IMG/VR virus record: IMGVR_UViG_3300034103_001442
Location: 64,001-128,000 of that record
Origin: a virus
Direction: 5' to 3' (one strand)
Length of the DNA: 64,000 bases
Below the pieces are notes generated by a model. It was not told the origin of the DNA. It was given only the letters and a program-made list of their open reading frames with translations, and ran no database searches. The position numbers and the translations under genes are program-made. Below, one piece after another: positions 27,949 to 37,272 of this stretch. The stretch's first letter is position 1, and each line of letters opens with the position of its first letter.

Positions 27949-28398
27949 TCAACCTTCACCATAGGTCTCAAACTCAAACTCACCATCGACAACAGTCACC
28001 TTGACCAACTTGCCATCAGCACCACCGCTTGTGCGCAAATAGTCACGACCACCATCAATCATGTATGGTCCTTTAGTAACATAATCATGTCGAAAACGAC
28101 TCACAAGAACCTCACCATCTTCTGTCAACAAGCCTGTGATTGGTTCACTGAATGCACTTGCAGCATCAGTGATCATCACTTGTCCCTTGTAGGGACGAAA
28201 CATTCCAAAGTAATGCGAGTGACCTTTGCTCACATCAGGATTCGGTTGATAAAAAACATCAACAGGTGTGTCTGACCAACCAGACTCAAGTCTGATTGCC
28301 CAGTATCCCATATACTTGGCACCATATTGTTTTTCGATAACAGCAATTGCGTCAGGGCTGAAATAGAAACTGGGCGTCTTGATAAACATTGTGCTCAT
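27949..28398 (-). CDS. hypothetical protein
   Basis: SRFRHDY..IDGGRDYLR; follows promoter 28405-28433. Confidence 0.7.
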   Translation of the reverse strand: MSTMFIKTPSFYFSPDAIAVIEKQYGAKYMGYWAIRLESGWSDTPVDVFYQPNPDVSKGHSHYFGMFRPYKGQVMITDAASAFSEPITGLLTEDGEVLVSRFRHDYVTKGPYMIDGGRDYLRTSGGADGKLVKVTVVDGEFEFETYGEG

Positions 28399-28404
28399 AG
28401 ATCA

Positions 28405-28433
28405 ATTATAATCTAACAATAATAAAAAGTAAA
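28405..28433 (-). promoter_or_regulatory. phage early-type promoter
   Basis: TTTACT-N17-TATAAT. Confidence 0.7.
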
Positions 28434-28443
28434 GCAATTTTTG

Positions 28444-28833
28444 CTAACTAAATTCTCTTGAACAGAACGAATAACCTTCTGGATCATCCCAATCCCACTC
28501 TGGATTGAACCAGCCTTCCTTGCGACCTTCTTCGTTGTGAACCTTCACTTTGTAACCTTGTGGGTGATACTCATTTACCACCACATAACCTGGTCTGCCA
28601 TAAATTTCTATCAATTCAACAAACTTATCAAATGGAACCGTACCACCATACTCATCGTAGATAATTTTGTCAACAAGATACTCTTTCCACTTTTGCCAAG
28701 TGGTCAAACCATCATACTTGTAACCATGGAATGAGAATGCCCAGCCATATGAATTCTTGCCGATGTGATACTTCTCATCGTATCGCTTACAGCATTCGCA
28801 AACATTGTCAACAACATAATAATTAGTGCCCAT
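28444..28833 (-). CDS. hypothetical protein
   Basis: MGTNYY..HIGK.S.GW.F..DEYG..D..GY.F..FS. Confidence 0.7.
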   Translation of the reverse strand: MGTNYYVVDNVCECCKRYDEKYHIGKNSYGWAFSFHGYKYDGLTTWQKWKEYLVDKIIYDEYGGTVPFDKFVELIEIYGRPGYVVVNEYHPQGYKVKVHNEEGRKEGWFNPEWDWDDPEGYSFCSREFS

Positions 28834-29243
28834 TATTCAACTCCTTGTTCGTATTTGCCTTTGTTTTTTACACTGCACATTTCTCTGTTCATAACATCTT
28901 CAATGAACTTTTGATTGATACGCTTGATATGATACGCAAATCTGCCACCAAAGTAAACACAATACTCTCCCAAATAATTACTTCGCAACACGATAGTGTA
29001 TGCGCTGGTTATGGCTTGACCACCAAGACCACCAAACCCCAGTGCTGTGGAACTCCAGGTTTGACTGAACATGGCATAGACTTCAATATCACGATCACTA
29101 TGCTTGCGAGTTTTGGTAACTCTTTTGTTTTCTCCAGTTTTACCGAAATGTTCCCAATCACGGTCCTCGTATTCAATCAGAGGAAACCCCTCGTACATCG
29201 CATGAGCAATAGCATTAGATAAATTCTGTACTGCGTATTCCAT
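28833..29243 (-). CDS. hypothetical protein
   Basis: F.QTWSSTALGFGG.GGQA.T.AYT. Confidence 0.7.
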   Translation of the reverse strand: MEYAVQNLSNAIAHAMYEGFPLIEYEDRDWEHFGKTGENKRVTKTRKHSDRDIEVYAMFSQTWSSTALGFGGLGGQAITSAYTIVLRSNYLGEYCVYFGGRFAYHIKRINQKFIEDVMNREMCSVKNKGKYEQGVE

Positions 29244-29461
29244 TATTCAACTCCCACAACTTTGAATTCTTGATTCTCACGTTTGAACTGGTTTGCAGCA
29301 TGCTGTGCTGCTTCTTCTGTAGTGAAGAAGTAATCCTTCAGCCACATTTCCCAGTCAGACCATTCGATATGCGACTTGAAGAAGCAACCGTTGTAGCAGC
29401 GTCTTTGTGGGTCGTCGTTGATCAATTGACCACGACGGATGTATAAAGTATATTTCATCAC
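29243..29461 (-). CDS. hypothetical protein
   Basis: DPQRRCYNGC. Confidence 0.6.
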   Translation of the reverse strand: MMKYTLYIRRGQLINDDPQRRCYNGCFFKSHIEWSDWEMWLKDYFFTTEEAAQHAANQFKRENQEFKVVGVE

Positions 29462-29703
29462 TTAACTCCAAAATGCTTTTTCAAATCCTCAACACAACGA
29501 CGGACTTCAAAGTCCTCACGATTGTTATCACCCATGTATCGTTTGTTAACTACACCGATACATTCTTGAACAATCAACTCAGCGAACTTTTCCAATCCTG
29601 GTGAAATCATTATTTCTATTGGACCACCAACCCATAGTTGGTCTTTAATTGGCTCATATGCAAATCCAGCCTGTAGAGCAAGTTCTTTAATTCGTTCGTT
29701 CAT
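29458..29703 (-). CDS. hypothetical protein
   Basis: MNERIKELA.QAG..EKFAELIV.EC..HFGV. Confidence 0.7.
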   Translation of the reverse strand: MNERIKELALQAGFAYEPIKDQLWVGGPIEIMISPGLEKFAELIVQECIGVVNKRYMGDNNREDFEVRRCVEDLKKHFGVK

Positions 29704-29706
29704 TCT

Positions 29707-30066
29707 TCAACTCCGATAAGTCTGTTCTGTTTCACGAATCCAGAACGCAGCATCTTCGGACTCAGAATCCCAAGAAGAATCTGCATCATACTGACGCAAC
29801 AATTGCTCCGTCGTTTGCAGATCATCCAAGTAACCACGACCGAACTGCGCAAGACGACCCTGCACATCTTCGCATGCAAAGTCAGAATCCCAATCGAACT
29901 CTGCTTGAAATGCATCGCAATAATCGCAAGAACCGAATGCGCCTTGCACCCAGCCACGCTGACCTTGGTACTCGACCAAAGCAACCCATGAGCCTTGCCA
30001 GTCACCAAACTCCTGAAACGCGATCACTCGCGCACCAGCAGCAACCAATGAATCTTGATATGACAT
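29707..30066 (-). CDS. hypothetical protein
   Basis: GDWQG..GSCDYCD; follows promoter 30073-30101. Confidence 0.7.
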   Translation of the reverse strand: MSYQDSLVAAGARVIAFQEFGDWQGSWVALVEYQGQRGWVQGAFGSCDYCDAFQAEFDWDSDFACEDVQGRLAQFGRGYLDDLQTTEQLLRQYDADSSWDSESEDAAFWIRETEQTYRS

Positions 30067-30072
30067 ATTAAG

Positions 30073-30101
30073 AATATACCCTACCTTGAAAATAAAATAA
30101 A
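30073..30101 (-). promoter_or_regulatory. phage early-type promoter
   Basis: TTTATT-TTATTTTCAAGGTAGGG-TATATT. Confidence 0.65.
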
Positions 30102-30102
30102 G

Positions 30103-30357
30103 TTAGGCAACCACCTGAATGCGCGGCTCAATCCACTCGTCGTCGAACATGTGCTGACCAGGAAGGGGAGCAACGAAAGTGTCAGACCAGAACCTCTCTT
30201 CAACCTTACCCTCCCACACACGCTTGATCTTGTTGGCGCGGAAAGTGCCATCAGGAAGAATGGCAGTCACGAGACCGACATAATAACAATCCGTCGTGCT
30301 CGGAAAATCGAGCGACTTCACGACGGAACCTACTTCAACAGTGTTTTCAGTTTTCAT
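30103..30357 (-). CDS. hypothetical early protein (possibly leaderless mRNA)
   Basis: ATG 6 nt after -10 box. Confidence 0.65.
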   Translation of the reverse strand: MKTENTVEVGSVVKSLDFPSTTDCYYVGLVTAILPDGTFRANKIKRVWEGKVEERFWSDTFVAPLPGQHMFDDEWIEPRIQVVA

Positions 30358-30363
30358 ATTATC

Positions 30364-30392
30364 AGTATAGGTTATTTCAGAAATAAAGAAAA
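30364..30392 (-). promoter_or_regulatory. phage early-type promoter
   Basis: TTTTCT-TTATTTCTGAAATAACC-TATACT. Confidence 0.75.
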
Positions 30393-30410
30393 GTCTTTTA
30401 TTTTAATAAG

Positions 30411-30423
30411 AATCAATGAGTTA
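30411..30423. promoter_or_regulatory. IHF consensus site
   Basis: AATCAATGAGTTA matches WATCAANNNNTTR. Confidence 0.55.
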
Positions 30424-30430
30424 CAGGCAT

Positions 30431-30458
30431 AAAAAAAGGGTGCCCTTTCGGACACCCT
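30431..30458 (-). terminator. rho-independent terminator
   Basis: AGGGTGTCC-GAAA-GGGCACCCT then T-run. Confidence 0.85.
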
Positions 30459-30590
30459 CCCACGATGCGTGTATCGAGAGGAACCCCACCTGCTGAGAAC
30501 CAGCTGCCTCGACTGTTCCAATCGTCTCTAACGAGACACTTGCCACTTTACGGACTCTAGAAACCGTAACCCACGCACCACATTGTGTAG
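30431..30590 (-). ncRNA. candidate structured late non-coding RNA (~160 nt incl. terminator)
   Basis: between TATAAATA and GAAA-loop terminator; multi-stem fold; no RBS-led ORF seen. Confidence 0.65.
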
Positions 30591-30593
30591 TCT

Positions 30594-30601
30594 TATTTAT
30601 A
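30594..30601 (-). promoter_or_regulatory. T4-type late promoter TATAAATA
   Basis: exact consensus. Confidence 0.8.
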
Positions 30602-30626
30602 ATGGGAAGTTGATTTTTTCAAAAAA

Positions 30627-32021
30627 TTATTTAAAATTTTGGAATTTTGTTTTGTCAAATTTGAACTCTGTGATCTTTTCGCCAAACTTTCCCTTATCAG
30701 CCACTGGACCATCATCCATGATATTGTGTTGGGCTGCAACCTCAACATCATAGAGTTTCATCTTTGACCTATCAATACCAACAACAAATCTTCGGTTGTT
30801 GCCTGGATCACCATAACGGTTCTTCAACTGCTTGACCAAAATTTGGTTCATGCGTTCAAGTTCCTCAGTGCTGATCAACGCAAACATAAAGTCAGCCGTA
30901 GCAGGTAGACCAAATGACTCGGAGGTATCTTCAAGTCCAACATCAGAGTTTGTAAAGCCAGACCTGTTCGTTTGGGTTGCTGATATAATTGGAACGTTAG
31001 ACTCAACCGCAAGCCCACGCAACTCTTCAGCAATTGCCTTGATGTACATATAACTGTTGACATTGCTGTTTGGCTTGATTCTTGATGAGGCGCAAATGTT
31101 CAGATAGTCAATGTAGATAATATCAGGGACAAAGTTTTTCTTGACTTTCAACTCACCAAGCAGGTGGCGAAAGTTTGCCGAGCCAGCACAAGCAGTTGGA
31201 TACTCTTTGACGATCAACTTACCCTTGGCTTTTTCTCTAATTTTAGTAATCTTGCGGTCATATGAGTCTTTTGGTAAGTCCTTGAGTTCATCAAGGGTGA
31301 CATCCATAAGGTTGGCATCAATACGTTCAGCAATCTTTTCCTCAGCCATTTCCATGGTGATATACAAAACGTTGTAACCACTGATAAGGTTGTATGCCGC
31401 GCAATGACACATAAACAAAGATTTACCAACGCCTGTTCCCGCGAGCGCGATGTTCAAAGTTTTTTTGGGCAAACCGCCATCGGTAATTTTGTTAAAGTAT
31501 TCGAGGTCAAATGGAATCTTTGACTCACGCTTATGATACAATTCAAAACGTTCATCAGAGTCGAGAAGGAAGTCGTGACCGATGCTACTATCAAATGATA
31601 CACCAAGCGCATCAGATAAAATTTTTGGAATTGATCCAACTGAAATCTTATCGTCTTTTTTATCAACCAACTTAATGGCTTCCATCAATGCATTGTATAG
31701 TGCCTTGTCTTTACAAAACTCTTCAGTGCGGTCAACCAACCAATCGAGTTCACGGTCTTCACTTTCTTTCAGTGTTCCAATCAACTCTTTGGTTAATTTA
31801 AACTGCTCTTCATTCAGATCAGTTGAACTTTGAATATCAATCAGCAACGCTTCCTTGGTCGGAAGTTTGTTATATTGTTTTACATACTTATCAATCAATT
31901 CAAAAATAACTTTGTGATTGCGGTCACGGAAATAATCGACACGCAAAAACGGTATGACCTTACGGGCATACTCTTCCCTATATATCAGGTTACCAAAAAT
32001 TATTTCTTCGATGTTGATCAT
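30627..32021 (-). CDS. gp41: T4-like replicative helicase gp41
   Basis: AGTGVGKS, EMAEE, KEYPT, IDYLNIC, SESFGLPATAD, QLKNRY. Confidence 0.97.
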   Translation of the reverse strand: MINIEEIIFGNLIYREEYARKVIPFLRVDYFRDRNHKVIFELIDKYVKQYNKLPTKEALLIDIQSSTDLNEEQFKLTKELIGTLKESEDRELDWLVDRTEEFCKDKALYNALMEAIKLVDKKDDKISVGSIPKILSDALGVSFDSSIGHDFLLDSDERFELYHKRESKIPFDLEYFNKITDGGLPKKTLNIALAGTGVGKSLFMCHCAAYNLISGYNVLYITMEMAEEKIAERIDANLMDVTLDELKDLPKDSYDRKITKIREKAKGKLIVKEYPTACAGSANFRHLLGELKVKKNFVPDIIYIDYLNICASSRIKPNSNVNSYMYIKAIAEELRGLAVESNVPIISATQTNRSGFTNSDVGLEDTSESFGLPATADFMFALISTEELERMNQILVKQLKNRYGDPGNNRRFVVGIDRSKMKLYDVEVAAQHNIMDDGPVADKGKFGEKITEFKFDKTKFQNFK

Positions 32022-33073
32022 TCAGACTCCACAAATTCTTCGTTGCCTTCGTCATCGGTCATGCCGTAACTGTAATACTTTTTGGCAGCGGCTTCAAGTT
32101 GTTCCATAACTTCCTTGGTGAAGAATTTTTCTGGCTCATCATTGATTGCCTTACCGAAAACTTTATCACCATTTGGAAGTTCGTAGCGAGTGCTGACCTT
32201 CTTAAATACCCCAGCCTTCTCAGCAAGTTCAAGCAAGCCATAGTATTTGTCAAGACCAGACTTGTATGAAAGTTTCACAACAGCGGAGGCGTTTTCCTTC
32301 GACATACGTGACTTATACATCTTGATCTTAATCAAGTTACCAACAACATCAGTGCCATCCTTGTCTTTGCTCTTTGAAAGCATAGCAATGGTTGATGCGG
32401 CATACTTCAAACCAGTGCCGCCCGAGATTTCATTTGTCGGAACATAAGCACCAACTGCAGCATAAACGTGATTGGTCAGAAGCATTGGAATTTTAGCCCG
32501 AGCAAGTTTTAAAGTCAATACCCTGAATGCAGCCTTGATGACCTGTGCCTTGGTCATATCGCGAGTTTCCTTACCCTCAGAACTATCTTCCATTTCTTTT
32601 GTAGTTGACAGCATGCCAAGTGAGTCAAGCACAAACATCATTGGGGGACGTTTATCGGCAGGGCGTGCGATGTAAGCATCAATCAACTTAATGGCATGAT
32701 GACGAAACTTCTGAATTGTATCAGGCTCGGCATAAATGACACGGTTGACATCAACGCCACGTGACTTCATCATATCACGAGTCACTGCGGCTTCGGTGTC
32801 ATAATAAACAACGCCAGCGTCAGGGTTGTTGTCAAGAAAGTTCTTGACGATGCCGAGGACGAAAAATGTTTTACCAGTTGATGATTCACCAGCGAATGCA
32901 GTGATTTTGTTATTTGGAACACCACCATACAAACTACCACTCAACACTGCGTTGAGCATGTATGATCCAGTGTCAATGAAACCAGAATATTCACCAGCAC
33001 CCTCGCCATCTGCAACGATGCTTGTATCCTCGTCTTTAATTTGATCTACTAAACTTCTAAAAAAATCGGTCAT
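32018..33073 (-). CDS. uvsX: RecA-like recombinase UvsX
   Basis: GESSTGKT, YDTE, LDSLG, RDMT, SGG.GL.YAAS. Confidence 0.95.
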   Translation of the reverse strand: MTDFFRSLVDQIKDEDTSIVADGEGAGEYSGFIDTGSYMLNAVLSGSLYGGVPNNKITAFAGESSTGKTFFVLGIVKNFLDNNPDAGVVYYDTEAAVTRDMMKSRGVDVNRVIYAEPDTIQKFRHHAIKLIDAYIARPADKRPPMMFVLDSLGMLSTTKEMEDSSEGKETRDMTKAQVIKAAFRVLTLKLARAKIPMLLTNHVYAAVGAYVPTNEISGGTGLKYAASTIAMLSKSKDKDGTDVVGNLIKIKMYKSRMSKENASAVVKLSYKSGLDKYYGLLELAEKAGVFKKVSTRYELPNGDKVFGKAINDEPEKFFTKEVMEQLEAAAKKYYSYGMTDDEGNEEFVESE

Positions 33074-33106
33074 GGGGTCACCTCTTGATACACTTTCAAG
33101 TAATCA

Positions 33107-33135
33107 ATTCTATTGTATTTGGGAAATAAAGTCAA
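33107..33135 (-). promoter_or_regulatory. sigma70-like promoter for uvsX-gp41
   Basis: TTGACT-TTATTTCCCAAATACAA-TAGAAT. Confidence 0.75.
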
Positions 33136-33137
33136 CG

Positions 33138-33416
33138 TCACTCGGACTTTACAATTTGGTCTAACTTCTTAATGAATGCGTCGATTTTCTGTTTTCTATC
33201 TGGCCAATAAATGTATTCACGTTTATCAGCGTCCTTTGCTAAATTTTGAAGCAGGGGTATAATCATCTTGTACATTGTCTCAACTTTGCTATCAGCGACT
33301 TTCACCGTTTGCTCAACTGCTACTTGTGCTGCTTTTTCTTCACGCTTTTTAAATTCATCCTCGCCAAAAGTGGTGAAACCAAAGTCAAAGTTTTCATCTA
33401 GTTCTATTCTAGCCAT
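33138..33416 (-). CDS. conserved T4-like hypothetical protein
   Basis: FDFGFT..I.PLL.NL..YIYWPDR. Confidence 0.75.
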   Translation of the reverse strand: MARIELDENFDFGFTTFGEDEFKKREEKAAQVAVEQTVKVADSKVETMYKMIIPLLQNLAKDADKREYIYWPDRKQKIDAFIKKLDQIVKSE

Positions 33417-33424
33417 TGTTGCTC

Positions 33425-35929
33425 CTATGAGAAAAAGTCCTCAAGTGTTGCTGTTTTTTCAACGTGCCAACCAATGGTGCTGATAATACTTTTGATCGGC
33501 TCAATATACGCTTTATCAAATTGAGTTTCGTAGTCAATGAAATTTTCCAACCCAAACTCTTTCGGCAAACCACTAGGACAAGACAGCACAGTTATGTTAT
33601 ATGGGTTTGGTTTCTTCATGTAACAGAATTTGATCTTTTCACCACTTGCTATACCCTGATATTTATTCGTCAGATGTTTTTTCTCAATCAGGTGGTTGAA
33701 AAATATCGCACCCTTGACATGAATGGGTGTGCCCTTCTCATATAACAAGTTCTGGTTTTGAGCCCATTTCTCAATATCAGTCACACCTCGCGGGAATGCG
33801 ACATCCTCAAACTCCATCTTTCTAAACTCACCACGGAAGTTTTCGATAAACCTGTGAAGTGCTGACTCGTTCTCATTCATGATAATCTCAAGTGACTTCT
33901 TAATGTTATCACGACATGACGATGGGGTTGAGGAGCGGACAGCCTCAATGCCCATCATCTTGAGTTTTGGCTTATCATACAGCACACCCTCTTGATCCCA
34001 CACGTTGAGGATGTACATTTTCTTCGCCTTCCAAATACCCTTATTGGCGATAGCCTCACGCTTCATGATCATCTTTTGTTGAGCAGCGTGCATATAGTTC
34101 GCAAGTTCTTGATAGACACTGTCAATGTATGGCTCAAGTTTCTTTTGGCAAACCGTATCAATGAACTTGACAATCTTTTTGTCATCAGTTTCATTTGGCA
34201 TAACTTCTTGAACCAAACGGTCAAGAGTGATGTACACTGAGTCAGTATCAGACGCAATGACATAATCTTTTTCTTTTGTCTTGAACAGTTTGTTGAGGTA
34301 CTCATTGAGTTTACCCTCAATCCAACGGATGGACAACTGACCAGACATAGTGATTGCCTCCGCATGGTTGATATCATACCAGCGGAAGTATTGATTACCC
34401 AACGCACCGTAAGCGGAGTTCAGCTGAATCTTTTTCGCCATTTGCATGTTGTTGAGACGAGCAATTTCTTTCAGCAGTGCAGGGTTTTTGAACTTCTCAT
34501 ATTCTTTCTTGACCTCAATCATTTGCTTCTTGTACACTACACGGTCGTTGTACATCTTTTGCATTAGTGCGGGCAAGAACCCTTGACGCTCTTTTGAATA
34601 CACGCAAAGGTTAGCGGCAATGGCGCAATTCATTTTGTCAAGGTATTCGTGGTAGTCAGTTATTTTGCCATCCAATATTTCCTCAATGGAATGCGACTGC
34701 TTGAGTTTAGTCACAAACGTCTCGGGGGAGATATTATACTGCATAATCAAGTGGGGGTAAAGTGAGTTGAGGTCGAATGATACAACCCATTTGCTCAACC
34801 CAACCTTTGGGTCTTTGACATAGCCACCAACTAGTGACTTACAGTTTTTGTTTTTATCAAACTGCGGGATGACGATGTTTTTACCACGGAGGTAGTTATG
34901 TACAATAACATCCCACTGCTTAACTGAGGCAAGTGTATCTTCATAGTTGACCTTGGCGTCATATGACAGCGCATAGACCAACTCAATGAATTTCATTTTG
35001 TCTTCGAGTTTTTCAATCAGTTCAACGTCACGGATGTTATACTCAATATACTTTTGAAAGTTTGAGTTGTACATATCTTGCAAGCCAGTATACTCTGAAT
35101 AGTCCAGTTTGCGCTCACCAAGTTCAACGTTGGCAATATGATCTAGGCGATATGACTCCTGTTGAGTGTAGGTGAATTTTTTGTACAGGTTTTGATAGTC
35201 AAGCACGTTGACCCCAACTGGACTGTAGGCGATGTTTTCACGCCCACGGATTTGAACTTTGTATTCTTCCAAAATGTTCCAAGGTGACAAACGTTTAGCA
35301 TCATCATCGCCAAGTACATTTTTGATTCGGTTTACAAGGTACGGAATATCAAAGAACTCAATGTTCCAACCAGTGACTACATCAGGGAGATATTCCTCAC
35401 TATTCCAAATCTCAAGGAAAACACGGAGCAATGCAGCCTCATCAGTGCACTTGTAGTACTTGATATTGTCTTGATGCTCGGTATAGTCACCGCAACCAAA
35501 TACAACCTTTTTGCCATCACGTGACATAGTGATGGCTGTGACTTCGTTCAGTGCGGTGTCCACTCGGGGAAAACCGTTATCAATGCTAACCTCAATGTCG
35601 ATGCTAACTACTGAAATCAGCGAGGGATCATACTTAACCTCTCCATGAAAGGTGTCATAAATGTAGAGGTAGGTGAAGTCACTGAGTCCATACAGGCTCA
35701 TACCCTGCACACCCTCATACTTTTGTAGGAACTCTCGACCTTCAGACATACTGCTGAAGTCTACACGACCGACATATTCACCCTTGAGATTTTTATACTC
35801 AGTAGCCTTGTTCGAGGGTATAAATAGATATGGCTTGTACTGGACGGACTTTTTATATGGTTTACCATTTTGGTAACCTCTGACCAGTATCTGGTTACGG
35901 TGCCTTGTTACGTTCGTGTAAAAATGCAT
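33425..35929 (-). CDS. gp43: family B DNA polymerase gp43
   Basis: DIEV, GWN..FFDIPY, SFDLNSLYP, K..LNSAYG, DTDS; start MHFYTN at 35929 with GGAG RBS; no intein/intron. Confidence 0.98.
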   Translation of the reverse strand: MHFYTNVTRHRNQILVRGYQNGKPYKKSVQYKPYLFIPSNKATEYKNLKGEYVGRVDFSSMSEGREFLQKYEGVQGMSLYGLSDFTYLYIYDTFHGEVKYDPSLISVVSIDIEVSIDNGFPRVDTALNEVTAITMSRDGKKVVFGCGDYTEHQDNIKYYKCTDEAALLRVFLEIWNSEEYLPDVVTGWNIEFFDIPYLVNRIKNVLGDDDAKRLSPWNILEEYKVQIRGRENIAYSPVGVNVLDYQNLYKKFTYTQQESYRLDHIANVELGERKLDYSEYTGLQDMYNSNFQKYIEYNIRDVELIEKLEDKMKFIELVYALSYDAKVNYEDTLASVKQWDVIVHNYLRGKNIVIPQFDKNKNCKSLVGGYVKDPKVGLSKWVVSFDLNSLYPHLIMQYNISPETFVTKLKQSHSIEEILDGKITDYHEYLDKMNCAIAANLCVYSKERQGFLPALMQKMYNDRVVYKKQMIEVKKEYEKFKNPALLKEIARLNNMQMAKKIQLNSAYGALGNQYFRWYDINHAEAITMSGQLSIRWIEGKLNEYLNKLFKTKEKDYVIASDTDSVYITLDRLVQEVMPNETDDKKIVKFIDTVCQKKLEPYIDSVYQELANYMHAAQQKMIMKREAIANKGIWKAKKMYILNVWDQEGVLYDKPKLKMMGIEAVRSSTPSSCRDNIKKSLEIIMNENESALHRFIENFRGEFRKMEFEDVAFPRGVTDIEKWAQNQNLLYEKGTPIHVKGAIFFNHLIEKKHLTNKYQGIASGEKIKFCYMKKPNPYNITVLSCPSGLPKEFGLENFIDYETQFDKAYIEPIKSIISTIGWHVEKTATLEDFFS

Positions 35930-35951
35930 AAATACTCCCATTGAACTGACA

Positions 35952-35980
35952 AGTATACCTGAATGAGTTAATAAAGAAAA
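35952..35980 (-). promoter_or_regulatory. promoter for gp43
   Basis: TTTTCT-TTATTAACTCATTCAGG-TATACT. Confidence 0.7.
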
Positions 35981-35993
35981 GCGCGAGGGAAAT

Positions 35994-37166
35994 ATGAGTT
36001 TAGCCAACCTACAAAAAAAGATGGGCATCGTCTCCGATGGTGCTTTTGGACCAGGAACATTAAAGGCAGCAATGGCGTACTACAAACTGACGCCAAATCG
36101 TGCTGCACACTTCTTTGCCCAAACGGCACATGAGTCTGGTAATTTCAAAGCATTTAGTGAAAACCTCAGTTACTCAGCAGATGGTTTGCTGAAAATTTTT
36201 GGTAAGTATTTCAATCCAGGCAACGTTACAAGTTATGCCCGCCAACCTGAAAAAATTGCCAACCGTGTATATGCCAACCGCATGGGTAATGGTAATGAGG
36301 CAAGTGGTGATGGTTGGAAGTATCGTGGGCGTGGCGCATTGCAATTAACTGGTAAAGACAACTATGCCGCATTTGCGAAATATTTAAACAAACCAGAAAT
36401 TATGACAAACCCAGACTTGGTCGCGACCGAATATGCATTTGAATCCGCAATGTTTTTCTTTCAAAAGAATAACCTCTGGGCGATTTGTGATAGTGGCGTT
36501 AGCGATTCAACTATTTTAGCAATGACCAAAAAAATCAATGGTGGCACTCACGGTCTTGCTGACCGTAAAGAGAAAACAATTAAGTACCTCGGTTGGTCAA
36601 TGTCAAACGCACAACCAACAAAGGCAGCACCCCCTCCAGCCCCAGCAAAGCCAGCAGCAGCGCCAGCCAAGCCAACTACAAAATTATCCCCTGATACTGT
36701 TTTGTCTGAAAATTTTAAACTTGGTGAGTTCATAAAATCAGAAACCGCAATACGTAAAGGTATTGACAACAGCCCAAGCGAGGAACATCTTGAAAATCTT
36801 AAACTTGTATGCCAAAAAATTCTTGAACCAGTTAGGAAACACTTCGGCAAACCAATTCGTATTAATAGTGGGTACCGTGGTCCTGCTCTTAATGCTGCTG
36901 TTGGCGGATCAAAAACTTCGCAGCATTGCAACGGAGAGGCAGTCGACTTTGAAATTGACGGACTTGCCAATCCTGAACTAGCAAAGTGGGTTGCTGCCAA
37001 CTGTGACTTTGACCAAATCATTCTTGAGTTCTATGACCCAAAGGAAGGACCAAACAGTGGTTGGGTTCATGCAAGTTATACAAACAAAAAACCAAACCGC
37101 AAACAAACAATGACGGCATCAAGTGCTGGCGGTAAAACCGTTTACACTCCTGGATTTAAAATATGA
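35994..37166 (+). CDS. modular endolysin: PG-binding stub + GH19 + P/A linker + peptidase M15
   Basis: DG.FGPGT; AQTAHESG, YRGRGALQLTG, INGG; SGYR..LN..VGG..SQH..AVD..WVH. Confidence 0.88.
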   Translation: MSLANLQKKMGIVSDGAFGPGTLKAAMAYYKLTPNRAAHFFAQTAHESGNFKAFSENLSYSADGLLKIFGKYFNPGNVTSYARQPEKIANRVYANRMGNGNEASGDGWKYRGRGALQLTGKDNYAAFAKYLNKPEIMTNPDLVATEYAFESAMFFFQKNNLWAICDSGVSDSTILAMTKKINGGTHGLADRKEKTIKYLGWSMSNAQPTKAAPPPAPAKPAAAPAKPTTKLSPDTVLSENFKLGEFIKSETAIRKGIDNSPSEEHLENLKLVCQKILEPVRKHFGKPIRINSGYRGPALNAAVGGSKTSQHCNGEAVDFEIDGLANPELAKWVAANCDFDQIILEFYDPKEGPNSGWVHASYTNKKPNRKQTMTASSAGGKTVYTPGFKI

Positions 37167-37272
37167 AAAACAAATTGTTGACTTTTATTCAAGAGTGGGG
37201 GTTGCTATTCGTTCCTCCTTTGTTATTTGTAGGATTTTGGTTGTTAATAACACTCACTGATATTCTTTATTG

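Noticed and set aside
981-35929. introns/inteins in nrdA, nrdB, thyX, gp41, uvsX, gp43
   Set aside because: all ORFs are continuous and of normal length
35930-36028. N-terminal extension of DNA polymerase
   Set aside because: spans the promoter and the endolysin start; RBS supports ATG at 35929
37178-37206. TTGACT promoter on + strand
   Set aside because: no -10 hexamer at 17 nt; lies inside a small membrane ORF
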